A DNA stretch of 59,643 bases, the filler included. It is 6 parts of 6 records of this genome, joined end to end, with 100 filler letters (N's around TTAATTAATTAA, not from the genome) between each part and the next. Parts side by side here need not be neighbours in the genome. Positions count along the whole stretch, not along the records: positions 52,591 to 59,643 come from SRR31156797_18775; 5 more parts are not named here. The stretch is one strand, 5' to 3'. Both the position numbers and the translations under genes were made by a program. Of this stretch, positions 59,173-59,643 are shown piece by piece. The notes beneath the pieces are model-generated. The model searched no databases, had not been told where the DNA came from, and saw nothing but the letters and a program-made list of their open reading frames with translations. Numbering within the stretch: position 1 is the first letter of the stretch; every line of letters starts with the position of its first letter.

Positions 59173-59643
59173 CTAGTCTTCGGTGGTATATACAACATCG
59201 CTGTCGTCGGCTGCTGCGGGAGCGGCTTCCTCAGCGGGTGCTTCTTCTGTCTGCTCAGCGGGAGCTTCTTCTTCGTTCAGGCTCTCGATAACTTCCAGGC
59301 CGATTTCGTTGTCGGCTTCCACAACGGCGTTGGCGATGATGGAGGTGAAGAGGCTGATAGCTCTGATGGCGTCGTCGTTACCGGGGATGGGGAAATCGAT
59401 GCCTTCGGGGTTGCAGTTGGTGTCCACGACAGCGACGATGGGAATGCCCATTCTCTTGGCTTCCGCAACGGCAATGGCCTCGGTCTTGGTGTCAATGATG
59501 AACACGACGCCGGGAAGCTCGGTCATGTTCTTGATACCGCCCAGGTTCTTTTCCAGTCTGCCCTTTTCTTTCATGAGCTTGGAAACTTCCTTCTTGGTGA
59601 GAGCCTCGAAGGTTCCGTCCACTTCCATCTTCTCAATTCTCTT
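59173..59643 (-). CDS. rpsB: 30S ribosomal protein S2, C-terminal part (5'-truncated by window)
   Basis: [26 protein letters not shown]. Confidence 0.97.
   Translation of the reverse strand, partial: KRIEKMEVDGTFEALTKKEVSKLMKEKGRLEKNLGGIKNMTELPGVVFIIDTKTEAIAVAEAKRMGIPIVAVVDTNCNPEGIDFPIPGNDDAIRAISLFTSIIANAVVEADNEIGLEVIESLNEEEAPAEQTEEAPAEEAAPAAADDSDVVYTTED

Overview
This window is not one locus. Six unrelated contigs are joined by five identical 100-bp artificial linkers (44 N + TTAATTAATTAA + 44 N); taxon guesses below come from gene content and composition only. (1) 1-7561, AT-rich Campylobacterota-like housekeeping DNA: DEAD-box helicase, CDF exporter, ppiD-ftsA-ftsZ, and cbpA-hspR with a HAIR operator. 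(2) 7662-24861, Bacteroidota-like: cysH, an ECF sigma/anti-sigma followed by many exported or T9SS proteins, kynU, and a triple-FISUMP/PKD gene bracketed by a 12-bp inverted repeat. (3) 24962-34367, Desulfobacterota-like: a sigma54 operon (small 'FAEAGE' protein, USP-like protein, SLC13 transporter, HK, NtrC-type regulator) divergent from a Lon protease that lacks its N-domain and carries an inserted receiver domain. (4) 34468-43601, spirochaete/Firmicutes-like: a cobalamin riboswitch directly upstream of a nitrogenase-like H/D/K trio lacking FeMo-co ligands, convergent with a Ni/peptide ABC transporter. (5) 43702-52490, Desulfobacterota-like: an acyl-CoA catabolic operon with a GTAG REP, an HUH/Y1 transposase element with terminal inverted repeats and a probable ATC start, and a wHTH + P-loop ATPase pair. 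(6) 52591-59643, spirochaete-like rpsB-tsf-frr-uppS-cdsA-dxr-rseP. The best candidates for poorly described systems are the receiver-Lon/FAEAGE module, the B12-regulated nitrogenase-like reductase and the TIR-bounded Y1 element. All family assignments are by-eye motif recognition; no searches were run.
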